A stretch of DNA of 63,927 nucleotides, the filler included, from Hausera hauseri (Eukaryota): NCBI GenBank assembly GCA_046269625.1. It is 11 parts of 11 records of this genome, joined end to end, with 100 filler letters (N's around TTAATTAATTAA, not from the genome) between each part and the next. Parts side by side here need not be neighbours in the genome. Positions count along the whole stretch, not along the records: positions 20,785 to 25,004 come from JBJURY010693104.1; positions 25,105 to 29,618 come from JBJURY010546342.1; positions 29,719 to 37,827 come from JBJURY010766540.1; 8 more parts are not named here. One strand, written 5' to 3'. Of the stretch, positions 22,570 through 34,632 are shown in pieces. Both the position numbers and the translations under genes were made by a program. Below the pieces are notes generated by a model that saw only the letters and a program-made list of their open reading frames with translations, was not told the DNA's origin and searched no databases. The first letter of the stretch is position 1, and each line of letters starts with the position of its first letter.

Positions 22570-25004
22570 CACTCTCGTTTTCCTTTTCAATGAATAACTC
22601 AAATACCAACATACAATATTAAATACCATACAGACTCACTGTACTTACACAAATATGTACAACATTTTACTTCTCTTTCAAACTTTTACTCAACTATTAA
22701 TACTCTACCACTCGTTAATCCCAATGTCCGAAATTTTTTCTCGCCTTCGACCACATATCTCGTTATCCATATACATTCGCGCATACGCGGTGGAATAGAC
22801 TCTTCACCTACCATTGACACCACTGACAAAGCTGCCTATAAACCATCACATTTTGTTTTTCACCAGAAATTAACGACCGCAACCACGCAATCTACTTTCA
22901 CTAGTTACATCTTTCATTTCGCCAGCCAAACACACTTCTTATCAGTGCACGGAATATTTTATCGATCGCGAAAAATCCAACAAAACCTGGCTCAGCTTTT
23001 ACAAACTTTGGCTGCAGTTTAATAACATTACTGATTCATTAGCAAAAGCTCATAGTTTACTTTGCCTCTTACCAAACATGATAAAGACTTCTCCTCACAA
23101 CATTTTAGATATTTCAACAATCCGACACGTACACACATCTCTATAACGCAGTCTTAAAACTTACCGAACTGTCTATGGATTCCATAATCCATAGATTCTT
23201 TAGTGATAATGCCGTGGACACACAAAAGCCTTCTGCGTTCCTACGTACGTCGTTGACTCACCTACAAACGCTAGGTGTAACTAGTCAGCATAATTCATAC
23301 ATTATGCGACAATATTTCTTAAACGCGTTGCCTATACAAATTAGGGCACTCCTTACCGTTGTCGAGGAATCTACGGCGTTGGATAAATTGGCGGAATTGG
23401 CTGATAAAACACATGAAGTGCTACAATTGAATTCCCAACGAACAATTTCCAACAAGCGACAATCAACTTTATACAACTATAGAGCAACAGTTGAGCCAAT
23501 TACACGCTGAAAATTTAGCACTACAACAGACAATAAATAACATTAATAATAGGTTGGGCGATCTTTCATTACCACGCGAACTGTTCCTATTCATAACCAT
23601 ACTCGTTCTGTTTTCAGAAACAGGTCACCATCGCCTACACGATCTTTTATGTGCTATTATCATAGCAAATTTAACAGTAAAGCTAATAAATGCTGTTTAG
23701 GGTGTAGGTATTACACTCCAAATTTACATTCAAACAAAATAGTTTGCATCTACCATGCCTAATTTGGATTCCACGCTCAGAAATGTCTTTCAGGCTGCAA
23801 CAATAAGAACAACGCTACCATTCTACCGACAGACGTTTTATTTCCCCTAGTAATAGTCGGCCGATCTCACCAATCCAAAAAAACTAATTTGGCCGGCAGT
23901 ACTCACGGCAGAGTCCGGCAAAAACAACTTCTCTAATACTACCTGCCGACACACTTCCTTTGCAATCTTTACACTAAAGGCTTCGATAAACACACCAAAA
24001 ACTCAATCCATACACTTCCTTATCGACGCAGGCGCTCCGGTTTCTCTGCTATCACTCACTTTCCCTGTACAAAATTTACCATTCAAAGCTAAATCGTTAT
24101 TTACGGCTTCAGAACAACCGCTAGACATTTCAGGTTTATCTACATTGTCGTTCACCTTACCAAACCTTCAGTTCACGTTTTACTGGACCTTTACCGTCGC
24201 TAACGTCCGCACAGCAATTCTAGGTTCGGATTTCTTATCGCACTATAATCTTTTAGTTGATTGCAAATAACAATTTTTGAAACGTAACACTACTGGATAT
24301 CCTACCGAACGAATAAATAGTATAGCCGCTAAGGCGCAAACGATCTTCCCGCGGAAGCCTATACTCAAAAATCATGTAAGTAATCCAAACTTCTTCAACA
24401 AGCATTTTTCATTTCGTAAATTTTTTAATGATAATATCGGTATTCAATCGAGATTTGGTTTTGATAACTACGATTGCGTTGGTTCAGTACATTCACTAGA
24501 CAAAATTACCTCTTCAAACACTACTTTTAATACTACTATCCTACACCAAATTCCCCTCAATTTCAATAACTCGCAAACATCACTCGTCACTGCACATATT
24601 GACTGAACACCACCAACATCACCAAATTTCTCTCAATTGCCTGTAAGTCTACGGCAATACATAAACACTTCATGCCCCCACTTAATCCAGAAGGATCAAA
24701 TCTTCACACCTGAAAACAACACTTTTCATCACATCATAACCCAACACCAAAGACCTATTCGGCAAAAGGTACGCCCATTGTCACCTTGTTGTAGGCAAGC
24801 AGTCAAAGCGGAATTTCTAGACCTTGAACGCTCCGGCATTGTACGCAGATCTAAATCACCGTGCTCTTGGTTTTTACACGTTGTCCAAAAAAGATGGATC
24901 CGTCCGACCTTGCGGTGATTACCGTCAACTAAACACTTTGACTGTTATGGATGCATACCCTTTACCATTAATTAAGGATATCCTGTACGGGCTTAATTCC
25001 ACTA
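22570..25004 (+). mobile_element. Ubl-Gag family copy E: Ubl (ends IHSRIRGG at 22794), gag, AAAAAAC frameshift, protease and RT start; truncated
   Basis: LVIHIHSRIRGGIDSSPTIDTTDK; YFLNALPIQIRALLTVVEES; tandem CYYH/CIYH knuckles; FLIDAGAPVS; [10 protein letters not shown]. Confidence 0.85.
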
Positions 25005-25104
25005 NNNNNNNNNNNNNNNNNNNNNNNNNNNNNNNNNNNNNNNNNNNNTTAATTAATTAANNNNNNNNNNNNNNNNNNNNNNNNNNNNNNNNNNNNNNNN
25101 NNNN

Positions 25105-27937
25105 AAGATTTGGTACGGAGCAATATGAAGAATAGGTTTCGATGATGAAGGACACTATAATATCACCACGTACAGAAATGGTAATACCTGGAAGAATAGA
25201 AAGTTAATTAACCACTCACAATATATATTTCGATCCATCCTCACAAGCGATGAAAAATATGAAATATTAATAGCCCCACAGATAAAATAAGAGACGGAAA
25301 AATTCATTTAAGAATTTTTAATGCCGGAAATAAAGAACTACGACTGAAAAAGAATATAAGAATGGGTTACGTAGTTGCAATAGAAGAAGCCTCAACCGAA
25401 TTAATGTAAGAAGTTAATTCGGTAATTTCACATGTAGAAAAGTCAAAAAAATTATGACGAAGAAGCTAAAAAACACGGCGGGAAAAATTAAGGAAAAAGA
25501 GAAAGTCATCAGCATCAATTGGGATGAAAAATTTCAGGACTGTAAAGTATTGAGCAATGAAAAAAAGACATGAGTCCAACTTCTGAATAGGAATAACAAT
25601 AGATTTGCTCAAAATGACTCTGATTTAGGAACTGTGAATGTAATACGACATGCCATTAAACTAAAAGAAGGACTGGACAAACCGATAAAGAAACGATCAT
25701 ACAGATTAGCATATGATAAAAAGGAAGAAACCCGGAAGATTATAAAAGAAATGAGAGACAATAAAATAATTCTACCTAGATGTTCCCCAAGGACAGTACC
25801 TGTAGTAATGGTTAAGAAAAAGTTGGAGCAATGAGATTCTGCATAGATTAGAGAGCGGAAATGAGATAACCGAAACGGATACGTACTCCTTACCAAGAAT
25901 TGACGAGATATTAGGTAAACTACATGGATCGACGATATTTACAACTATTGATTTATAGAAAGGCTATTACAAGTAGCGGTAAAAGAAGAGGATAAGAAGA
26001 AAACAGCCTTTGACATAGGTGGAGAATTATGGGAATTTAGCAGAATGCCATTCGGACTAAAGAATGGATCGCCCACTTTTCAAGGAGTAACTGAATCACT
26101 ATTACTAGACTCCCTCCATGCAATGGTTTACATTGATGATGTAATAATTGCATCTTGTAACTTCCAACAACATTTAAAATACCTGCAAGACCCGCTCGAT
26201 AAATGCGACATAATGAGACTTAAGATAAACCCAAAAAATGTGCGGTTGTCCAGGAAGCAGTCGATTTCCTGAGCCATCGAGTGGATAGATACGTCGTAAA
26301 GCCATTAGAGAAACTGATCGGAAAAATTAAAGACTTCCCCAAACCGACAACAGTGAAAGAATTACGTCGATTCCTGGGATTAGCGAATTACTACCGACGA
26401 TTCATAACAGATTGTAATAAACTAGCCAGACCCTTATATGAAATATTACGAGAAGATCTGGAAAAGTATTATGGACAAACGACGGTCAAAATGCTTTTGA
26501 AAACTTAAAGGAAAAACTGTTGAGCGCACCTATGTTAATGTACCTGGGTGTGACTAAATCGTTTATATTAGCAACTGACGCAAGTGATTATGGAGTAGGA
26601 GCAGTCCTCTCCCAAAAAGGACGAAGATGGAAAAGAATATTCAACAACTTATGCCTCTAGAAAATTGAATAAACACCAAAAGATCTACGCAGTCATTCAG
26701 AAAGAATTTACCTTTATACGAAGTAAAATACTACCAGTAGATAAGAAATTAGCTAGACACCTTGCTCGATTTAGCGAAGCTTATGAAGAAAAATATGGAT
26801 TTTTATACTATATCAATCAAAATGGGTCAATTTTAGTAATTCCACAGAAATATAGAACGGTTCTATTAACACAATACCATGATGGACTACGAGGAGGTCA
26901 CCAGTCAGTAAAAAAAACGATAAATAAGTTAAAACGAAAGTATTTTTGGAGCACCCTAACAAAGGATGTGCAAGAATGGTGTGACAGCTGTAAACTATGC
27001 GCCACTCGTAAAAACACTGGGTCAAAATTCAAAGCTTCTCTCAAAGTATGGGACAATCCACCAGCTCCGTTTGAATTTACGGCAATGGACATAACAGGAC
27101 CCCTACCACTAACACGAAATGGAAATAAATATATTTTGATTTTCATAGACTACTTTGCTCGATGTGTAGTAGCACTACCCATGCCAGATATAAAAGCGGA
27201 AACGATTGACGAAAAGTTTGTAGAGAACATAATATTCAACTGTGAAGCTCCAAGAATTCTGTTAACGGATCAAGCATTTAATCTAACTGGTAATGTGATG
27301 CAAGCAATATATGACATTATGCGAATTTGAAGCTACGTTCAACACCAGGACATCCGGAAAACAATGGAATGGTTGAAAGATACATTGGCGATTTAAAAAG
27401 CAAACTACAGACGGCCGTTAACTCCCGACAAGATGATTGTGACGAATATATAATGCTTGTGTAGTCGTAAACAGAACATCTGTACACAAAGCCACGAAGG
27501 AAACGCCATTCTACCTTATGTGCCTAAGGGATGCCAGATTGCCAATTGATTTGGACTTCAATGTACGACCAATATCTCAATTAATGGAAGTAGAGGAATA
27601 CAAATTGTTAATGCAAGAACGTTTACAATTAGCCTACAAAATAGTGAAGGACAATCAAAAAGACTATAAGGTAACTTATAAAAAATACTACGATGAGAAG
27701 GCAAAACAACCTAAGATTAAAGTTGGAGATAAAATGATGTTATATACGTCATTAAATAAGAAAGGCAAGACATCCCAACTGGATAGACCTTATAAAGGAC
27801 CATACGAAGTAGAGTATGTGGATTTACCTAACTTATGCTTCAAGAAAGATAATATTAGAATTAAAGTACATGTAAACAGGTGTAAACCGGCACCTGAAGA
27901 CAGCAAATTAAGAAGCGATGAACCGGAACTTGCATGA
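25105..27937 (+). pseudogene. pol: Decayed Ty3/Gypsy pol (RT, RNase H with an internal deletion, integrase)
   Basis: MPFGLKNGSPTFQ, YIDDVII, ATDASDYG, HDGLRGGH...CKLC, AMDITGPLP, LTDQA, YKGPY. Confidence 0.9.
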
Positions 27938-27997
27938 GCCATTGGTTGTAAAAAGAGAAGCAGTAAAAGTTCAAATTGCATATTCACACCCACAGAC

Positions 27998-29393
27998 GTG
28001 TTATATCTTACAGGAATACCAGGCTTGCTCTCTCAAACTATAAAACCGCTTGATCCATGGATGAAAACATTTCCCTCAAATAAAACGTTAGAAAACAGTT
28101 TGATGAAAAGTATTTATCATGAGATAGCTTATACAAGAAAAGGCCAAAAATGTATAAGGTTTATGACATTTGAAAGATTACTCAACCATTATATGATAGG
28201 AATTCAGATGATCCATGAGCATGATTACGAACGACATCCGAAACAGCGAAAATATGATTGCGGACTTACTTATTGGAGGAACACAACAGACTGTATAGTA
28301 GATGACTTTGGTAATTATCTTATATATTATACTTTGATCAAGAGGCATAGGAAGCGCTATCAGTGGCAATATACTAAATGCCGAGGTATCTTACAAGTTC
28401 CCAACAGACAAGCAATGAATGCAACCAAATTGGATGAGATAATACTAACCCAACTTATCATTAAGCCAACAATATTTAAAAATGGACGAAGTTGTATTAA
28501 AATCAAGACAATAATAGATCTAGACGAAAACCGAACTATAAGCATAAAACTTAATGATGCTCAAATGAAGCAAAGAATACCAGCAAAGTGTCAGTTGACC
28601 AGTAGGCACCTACGAATTTGCTGTAACGTCCCTAGAGGAAGAACTTATGACTTAGAATTTATATTAGTACGAAAAGATCTAGGGATAGTTAAGACTTTAA
28701 CTTACCAAGGGCCCAGAACATATGTTCAATTTGAAAATGCCATCAAATACGACGACGACCAGCAATTAAGCGTTACTACATCCCTTGTGAGCTTTTCACA
28801 ATCTAATAAAACAAAAATAAATAGCAGAGAGATGACCATTCTTATTCGACCTCACGCTTCACCTTACAGTCAAAAACTCTCGGTATTAGAAAATGTTACG
28901 ATATCTTCAACGTTTACATCCTTAATTGTAGCAATTCAACCCGATCTAAATTTTTATAAAATTAAACTCACTTAAGATAGGCCAAAAGATAATATCAAAA
29001 GGAATTATAACACCCGATCATTTAGTAGTACCTTGCGCTGCATTGACGCAAAACACCCAATATACAATTGTCTTACAATTATACAATGATAGTAATAAAA
29101 TTATGTTAACAAGAGTGTTAAAAACGCGTAAGAAAGACTCAGTAGAGGTGGAGTTGCCTCGTAAAGAGATGGTAGTTAAATACACCAAAACTCAAAGGCC
29201 TTCACGTGTAGCATACAAATATTCCCAAACAGAATTGATAATAGTAGGTGTTTGTGCCCCCATAGCCCTGTTAATAATCATAGTAATAACAATAAAAGTA
29301 GCTCTCTACTTACGACGACGTCGCAGAACTGGTTGGATAAGAATTGACATGCGACGTGTATTAAATAGCTTGGAAACCGATAACCCAAATTGA
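27998..29393 (+). pseudogene. ORF3 in env position: type I membrane protein with repeated beta-rich (FN3/Ig-like) units, split by one frameshift near 28970
   Basis: Starts about 60 nt after the integrase stop; N-glycosylation sequons; TM helix LIIVGVCAPIALLIIIVITIKVALYL followed by RRRRR. Confidence 0.6.
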
Positions 29394-29718
29394 CGGTGGC
29401 TGTTATGGATTGTTGTCAATGCAATCCAAAGATATAAGATAACTGATTGTTATACAGTTACCTTTGTCCTCATTAGACACGAACCCACAACGAATACCTG
29501 TAATAAATTTTTGATAACCGTTGTAATAATGTTAAGATTCTTATACATCCAATTGACTATTTTCTTTACAGCCCTTATGGAAATTCAAGCACTGAATAGA
29601 AGAAAAAACTGATTCGAANNNNNNNNNNNNNNNNNNNNNNNNNNNNNNNNNNNNNNNNNNNNTTAATTAATTAANNNNNNNNNNNNNNNNNNNNNNNNNN
29701 NNNNNNNNNNNNNNNNNN

Positions 29719-32105
29719 GCTAAATCGATCGTCGAATAAACTGAGGTAGTATTAAGTCGGTGCAATATGTCCTTGATTAATGGTAATGGGTATGCGTCCA
29801 TTGTTGTTAACGTATTAAGTTGACGATAATCACCACATGGTCTGAAAGATCCATCCTTTTTTGTACAACATGGAGAGGTGAAGACCATGGTGATTTAGAT
29901 CTACGGACGATACCTGATTGTTCTAGCTCCATAAATTCAGATTCTACTGCTTGTCTGCGTCGCGGTGACAATGGACGGACCTTTTGTCTTATTGGCCTTT
30001 GGTGTGTTGTAATTATATGGTGATAAATGCTATTTACTGGAGTGAAATTCCTATCTTTCTGAAGTATCCGAGGACAATAGGTATGAACAAATTGTTGTAG
30101 ACTTGAAGGTAGTTGCTGTAATGTTGTAACAGATGATAGATCAAGATTGCTAGCAGTACTTGATATATGATGACTAGTTGTTGGTGAGGAATCAGGTGGA
30201 GCCTGAAATAGTATTGTCTGGTCTGGAACCATGTTGGAGTAAGTGTTAGTGTTCGGTGTTTTAACAGAAAATACCAGATTGTTATTGAGATTAGCACGAA
30301 GTGTCGAGTGTTTTAAAATAGATGGCTTATTTAACGTGGACTGTGTTGTCGTTGTTATGCTGTCTATTTTTGTATTAAGGTTTTCAGATGTATTTGCTTT
30401 CAAACAGCGTCTTTTACAATCGACTAGTAAATTATAATGTGAAAGGAAATCTGAGCCAAGTATTGCAGTCTGGACGTTAGCGACTGTAAACGTCCAATGA
30501 AATGAAGAGGAAAAATTTTGTAAAGTGAAAGAAAGTTTGCAGGTTCCGGAGACACGGAGAGCTTGTCCGGATGCGGTGTATAATGGTTTTGCTTTAGATA
30601 AAGAATGTTGTACTGGAAAAGAAAATGGAAGCAGTGATATTACAGCACCAGTATCAATTAGAAAATCTACGGATTGAATATTAGGATTGGATATAGTAGC
30701 TTTTAATGTGAAAACGGCAAATGAAACGTGTCGACTAGAGGAGTTAGATAGATTGCCATTGCCAGCATCTGCCGAGAATACTGGCGGCGAAATCAGTTTT
30801 TTGGATAGGTGAGCTAGGACGGTTATTATTAGAAATGTTAATACGTCTATCGAATGAACAATTCTTGTTGGTTTTGTAGGTACAGCCAGTAATATAACTC
30901 CGAGCGTTAGAACCAAATTTTGCATGGTAGATACAAATTATATTACTTGAGTCTAAATTTGGCGAGTAATATTTACAACCTAAGCAACACTTATTTTTAT
31001 TGTTATTGAATTTAATGTGATAGTAGCAGATGAGGGATCTCGTAGGTGACGGTGGTCGATATCTAGAAGGAGAACGTTTTCGATTTGACGAAGGCACATT
31101 ACGACGCTGTAAAGAAAGATTATTCAGTTTTTTAGTGATAGAGTTTATGGTGTGATAGAGTGTCGCATTTTCGGTGCGTAATTCGCTTAAGTGATGTTCA
31201 AGTGAAACATTGTTAGTAGTAAGTGCTGCTGAAATAACTGGCTGAATGTGTACGTTCAGAACCTCATATGTTTTATCCTCCAGTTCGGCCAATTTATCTA
31301 GTGTTGTCGATTCTTCAACGACAGTGAGTAAGGCCCTAATTTATATAGGCAATGCGTTCAAGAAGTACCGTCGCAAAAGATCGGCGTTATGTTGTTTAGT
31401 TACGCTAAATGTTTGTAGCTGCACGAGTGAGGTTCGGAGGAAATCAGATGGTTTTGCGCCCCCACCGCATTGTCATTAAAGAAACGGTGAATTATTGAGT
31501 ACATAGATGGTTCGGTAAGTTTCACAACAGCGTTATAAAGATGCCTGTATGGATCAGGTTTCTGGAAGATATAGAGCAAATCATGATTTGCCATTTTTAC
31601 CGTAGTTGGAAGAAGACAAAGCAGGTTATGGGCCTTGGTTACTGGATCGGTGATATTGTTTGATTGTAGCCATAGTTTGTGGAAGCTAAGCCACGTTTTG
31701 TTAGACTGTCCATGGTCAATAAATACTCTGTGCACTGAGAAGTGTGTTTGACCGGCGAGGTTGTAGAAATATAATTACTAAAAGACGGCGTGGTTACGGT
31801 CAATGGTTTTTGTTGAAAAGGAAAATGTAATGTTTTTTGAGTGTTTTTATCAGTAGTATCGATGGTGGGGGAAGAATTCATCCCACCACGTATGCGAATG
31901 TGTATGTGTAAGATAATACAATTGTTTGAAGGTACAGAGAGGTTGCGAAGTTTGGAATTAGTTATTGGTATATTATTATGCGTTAGATAAAACTCAGTGA
32001 TGTTGAAGGCGTGTAGTGTGTAGTTGTGTAGGTAGGATGCATCTATCGAATTTATCATTCTGTGTGCAGTAAATGTTGATTGTTTAGAAAGAAAAGGAAA
32101 GAAAT
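29719..32105 (-). mobile_element. Ubl-Gag family copy G: Ubl (ends HIRIRGG at 31882), gag, AAAAAAC frameshift, protease and RT start; truncated
   Basis: FYLTHNNIPI...LHIHIRIRGGMNSSPTIDTTDK; CYYHIKFNNNKNKCCLGC and CIYHAKFGSNARSYITGC; LIDTGAVIS; [10 protein letters not shown]. Confidence 0.85.
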
Positions 32106-32147
32106 ATTCGGTGTAAATTCAAGTGTTTGGTGTGGTAACGAAACACA

Positions 32148-32876
32148 TCATTGCGTGGGACTCGTTGATGTAGGACAGAAGATTGAGTGGCTTATTATGT
32201 CATGGTTTGTTTGTAGCTCAAAAGTGTGCGATAAGTTGACTACTTCATTAATTTCTATGTCGCCATCATCAAGTTTGCGAATTCTTGCGAGTGCAAGGTA
32301 TCTTGGAAAATTATGTAGTGGATAAATAATTAAGTGAAACAACGATGGAATAGAATAGACGAAATTTATCACCTGAGGATTAAAGAAAAAAAATGTTTTG
32401 CTGAAATTATTTAGAATTCCAAAGGTGGCAGGAGTCCTATCAGAATAATAGCAAAATGTGTTAACTAAGGGCGCCTTCACTGGATGAAAGTTGCGGTTCA
32501 AATATAAATCTTGGTATACAGTAACTTTACGAATAAAATCATTCAAATATGATGCATCGGTACAATGTGTGACTTTGATAGTATATATCAAGTTGTTAAT
32601 AACAAAAAGGTATATGGGGAAAGGCATGGACAAACGGCAAGTTAGATCGTGAGGTATCTCCTGATAGATTGCCTCGTGGTATGTCAAAGTACGTTTAGTT
32701 TCGTCTGTATTTACAATTGCGAATGTGGTAAGAACTACCGGCCCATTATTTACGACCTGTTCAATAATTTGTGTTTTGGAGGACCCTTTGTAATCGTCTG
32801 TACCTGTCTGGATACGTGGCGTGTCGTGTGAGAAACCAGTGTTATGTATGTAGCGTGGAAATCTATGACGACCCAA
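32148..32876 (-). CDS. Cargo ORF containing a second Ubl-like repeat; in frame with the start of the Gag-proximal Ubl across one TGA
   Basis: IYLFVINNLIYTIKVTHCTDASYLNDFIRKVTVYQDLYLNRNFHPV resembles FLFFLNNQHLLHT..INSIDASYLHNYTLHAFNITEFYLTHNNIPI. Confidence 0.5.
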   Translation of the reverse strand: MGRHRFPRYIHNTGFSHDTPRIQTGTDDYKGSSKTQIIEQVVNNGPVVLTTFAIVNTDETKRTLTYHEAIYQEIPHDLTCRLSMPFPIYLFVINNLIYTIKVTHCTDASYLNDFIRKVTVYQDLYLNRNFHPVKAPLVNTFCYYSDRTPATFGILNNFSKTFFFFNPQVINFVYSIPSLFHLIIYPLHNFPRYLALARIRKLDDGDIEINEVVNLSHTFELQTNHDIISHSIFCPTSTSPTQ

Positions 32877-32927
32877 TCTCGCAGACCAATCAGTAGGGTT
32901 GTTTCTGATGCCATTTGTTCTAAATGA

Positions 32928-34382
32928 TCATTTATTAAAAATATCGATGAAAGTAAGATTTGCTACGAGAAACAATGATAAAAAAGTCGCGGATACAATA
33001 ATTTCGTCAAAATGATTAGACAGAACTCTAACAAAAATTACAACACATCCAGGGACGTTGATGAATTTCTTTAGAAGGTGTATGGAAGACAAAGCATGAT
33101 GATCATGGAACATGAAAAATCCCATCATAAATGATGTCTGTTTGTAATTTGACATAACTTTGCAACAGTTAAAATAATAATTTTCGCACAAAATGAGGTT
33201 TTCGTCATTGGAATTTATAAATAGTTGAAAACCGTAACTTTTCCATTGTTCAAAATGCGAAATATCGACCATAAGTTTAAGTAAATTAAATAACGTCAGG
33301 GAATAAACAGAAAGCTAGGGCGCCAAATTATCTGCTAATAGAACATCATTCATAACGATGATGGGACGACGTCATCTGGCTAGAACTACACATATTTCCT
33401 TCGGATATACGATAGTTATGTAAGTTTGACTGTACACGTGGTATGAAAGCTGGGTGCAGTTTCCGGAATTTGACTCCCGTGATGAGAAATCTTTAAAACT
33501 TTCAATGTTTGATCCCCTTAAAACCATTATCATTGTAGTTGTAGTTTTTATAAGCTGTGTTGACTTGGGAACAACTATTTTGTTAAAGGACTGGGACTTT
33601 GAATTATAGAAAATGTCCCCTTGATTGCAGATAAAAAACTTTAAGACATTTCTTTCCGGTATTGTTCTTAAAGGGATACAAGATACCAGCAAGATAAATA
33701 TATCGCTGTGAAATGCAAGATTTATTGAATCATAAAAAATCGATACAAAAACCGAACAAATGATCTGCAAATATCGTTGACCATACTTTGTTGCTGTCTG
33801 TGCTCCAGAGAACCCATTCACTACCGCTATGCAAAACAAATATGGAATCAATGATAACTTCCTTATTATTTAAACAAAGGGAGTCTGTCATTTTTTTCCA
33901 TAAATATTAAAATCACACAGAATAGTAGCGTAGTTAATTTCACATACAATGATGGTCCCCGATAAGTTAGCTGATGTTGATTTCAGATAATACTGCCTTT
34001 TTAGAACATGATAATAGTTTTTAGATGACCGTTTTACCAAGTGAACATTACTTTTATGCATTTCAATTTTATAAATTTGTAACAAAATTCCAAATGCAAA
34101 AGCCTCCCCAAGGGTAAAATTTGTCAATTTACCGTGATTTAACTGTTCACACTCCTTCAATGTTAGTTTCAACCCAGCATGCAAACTGACATTATACGGT
34201 GTCAAACTAACAATTTTCCTGACGTGGTGTAAAAATGCTTCAGGGTCATTTGTATTTACGTGAATCACTGACGTGTTTACAACGCTCGCCACATCAGCGC
34301 AGTATGGCAATGTACGAACCATTCGAAGATTAGTTGTAAATCCAAAACTACTAATGCGTCTATGTACATAAGATTGTGACAT
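32928..34382 (-). other. Three co-oriented hypothetical ORFs (32928-33272, 33372-33851, 33888-34382)
   Basis: ORF track only; tightly packed on the same strand as SET and gag; no family recognised. Confidence 0.3.
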
Positions 34383-34632
34383 TTCACTACTTACAAAACC
34401 GCGGAAGATGATGTGTCACGGGGCAATGTTGTGTCGAAGTACGTGTCAATTATATAATAGACAGATAAATAAGGGAAAAGGGGGTAAGAAAAATGGTAAA
34501 TAAAAAATGAATAAAAAAGCATTTGTCGAATGAACAATGTATAATGGTGGATCTCACCTTATCGTGTACCCTTTTCTCCATGATCGGTGGTATTGGGTTA
34601 GTTTTCGATATAGACAATGCAAAGGTTTTACA

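Noticed and set aside
33318-33325. TGGCGCCC on the minus strand as a tRNA-Lys primer-binding site
   Set aside because: Only 8 nt match and no preceding CA-terminated LTR is recognisable; kept only as a caveat for the SETD2 finding
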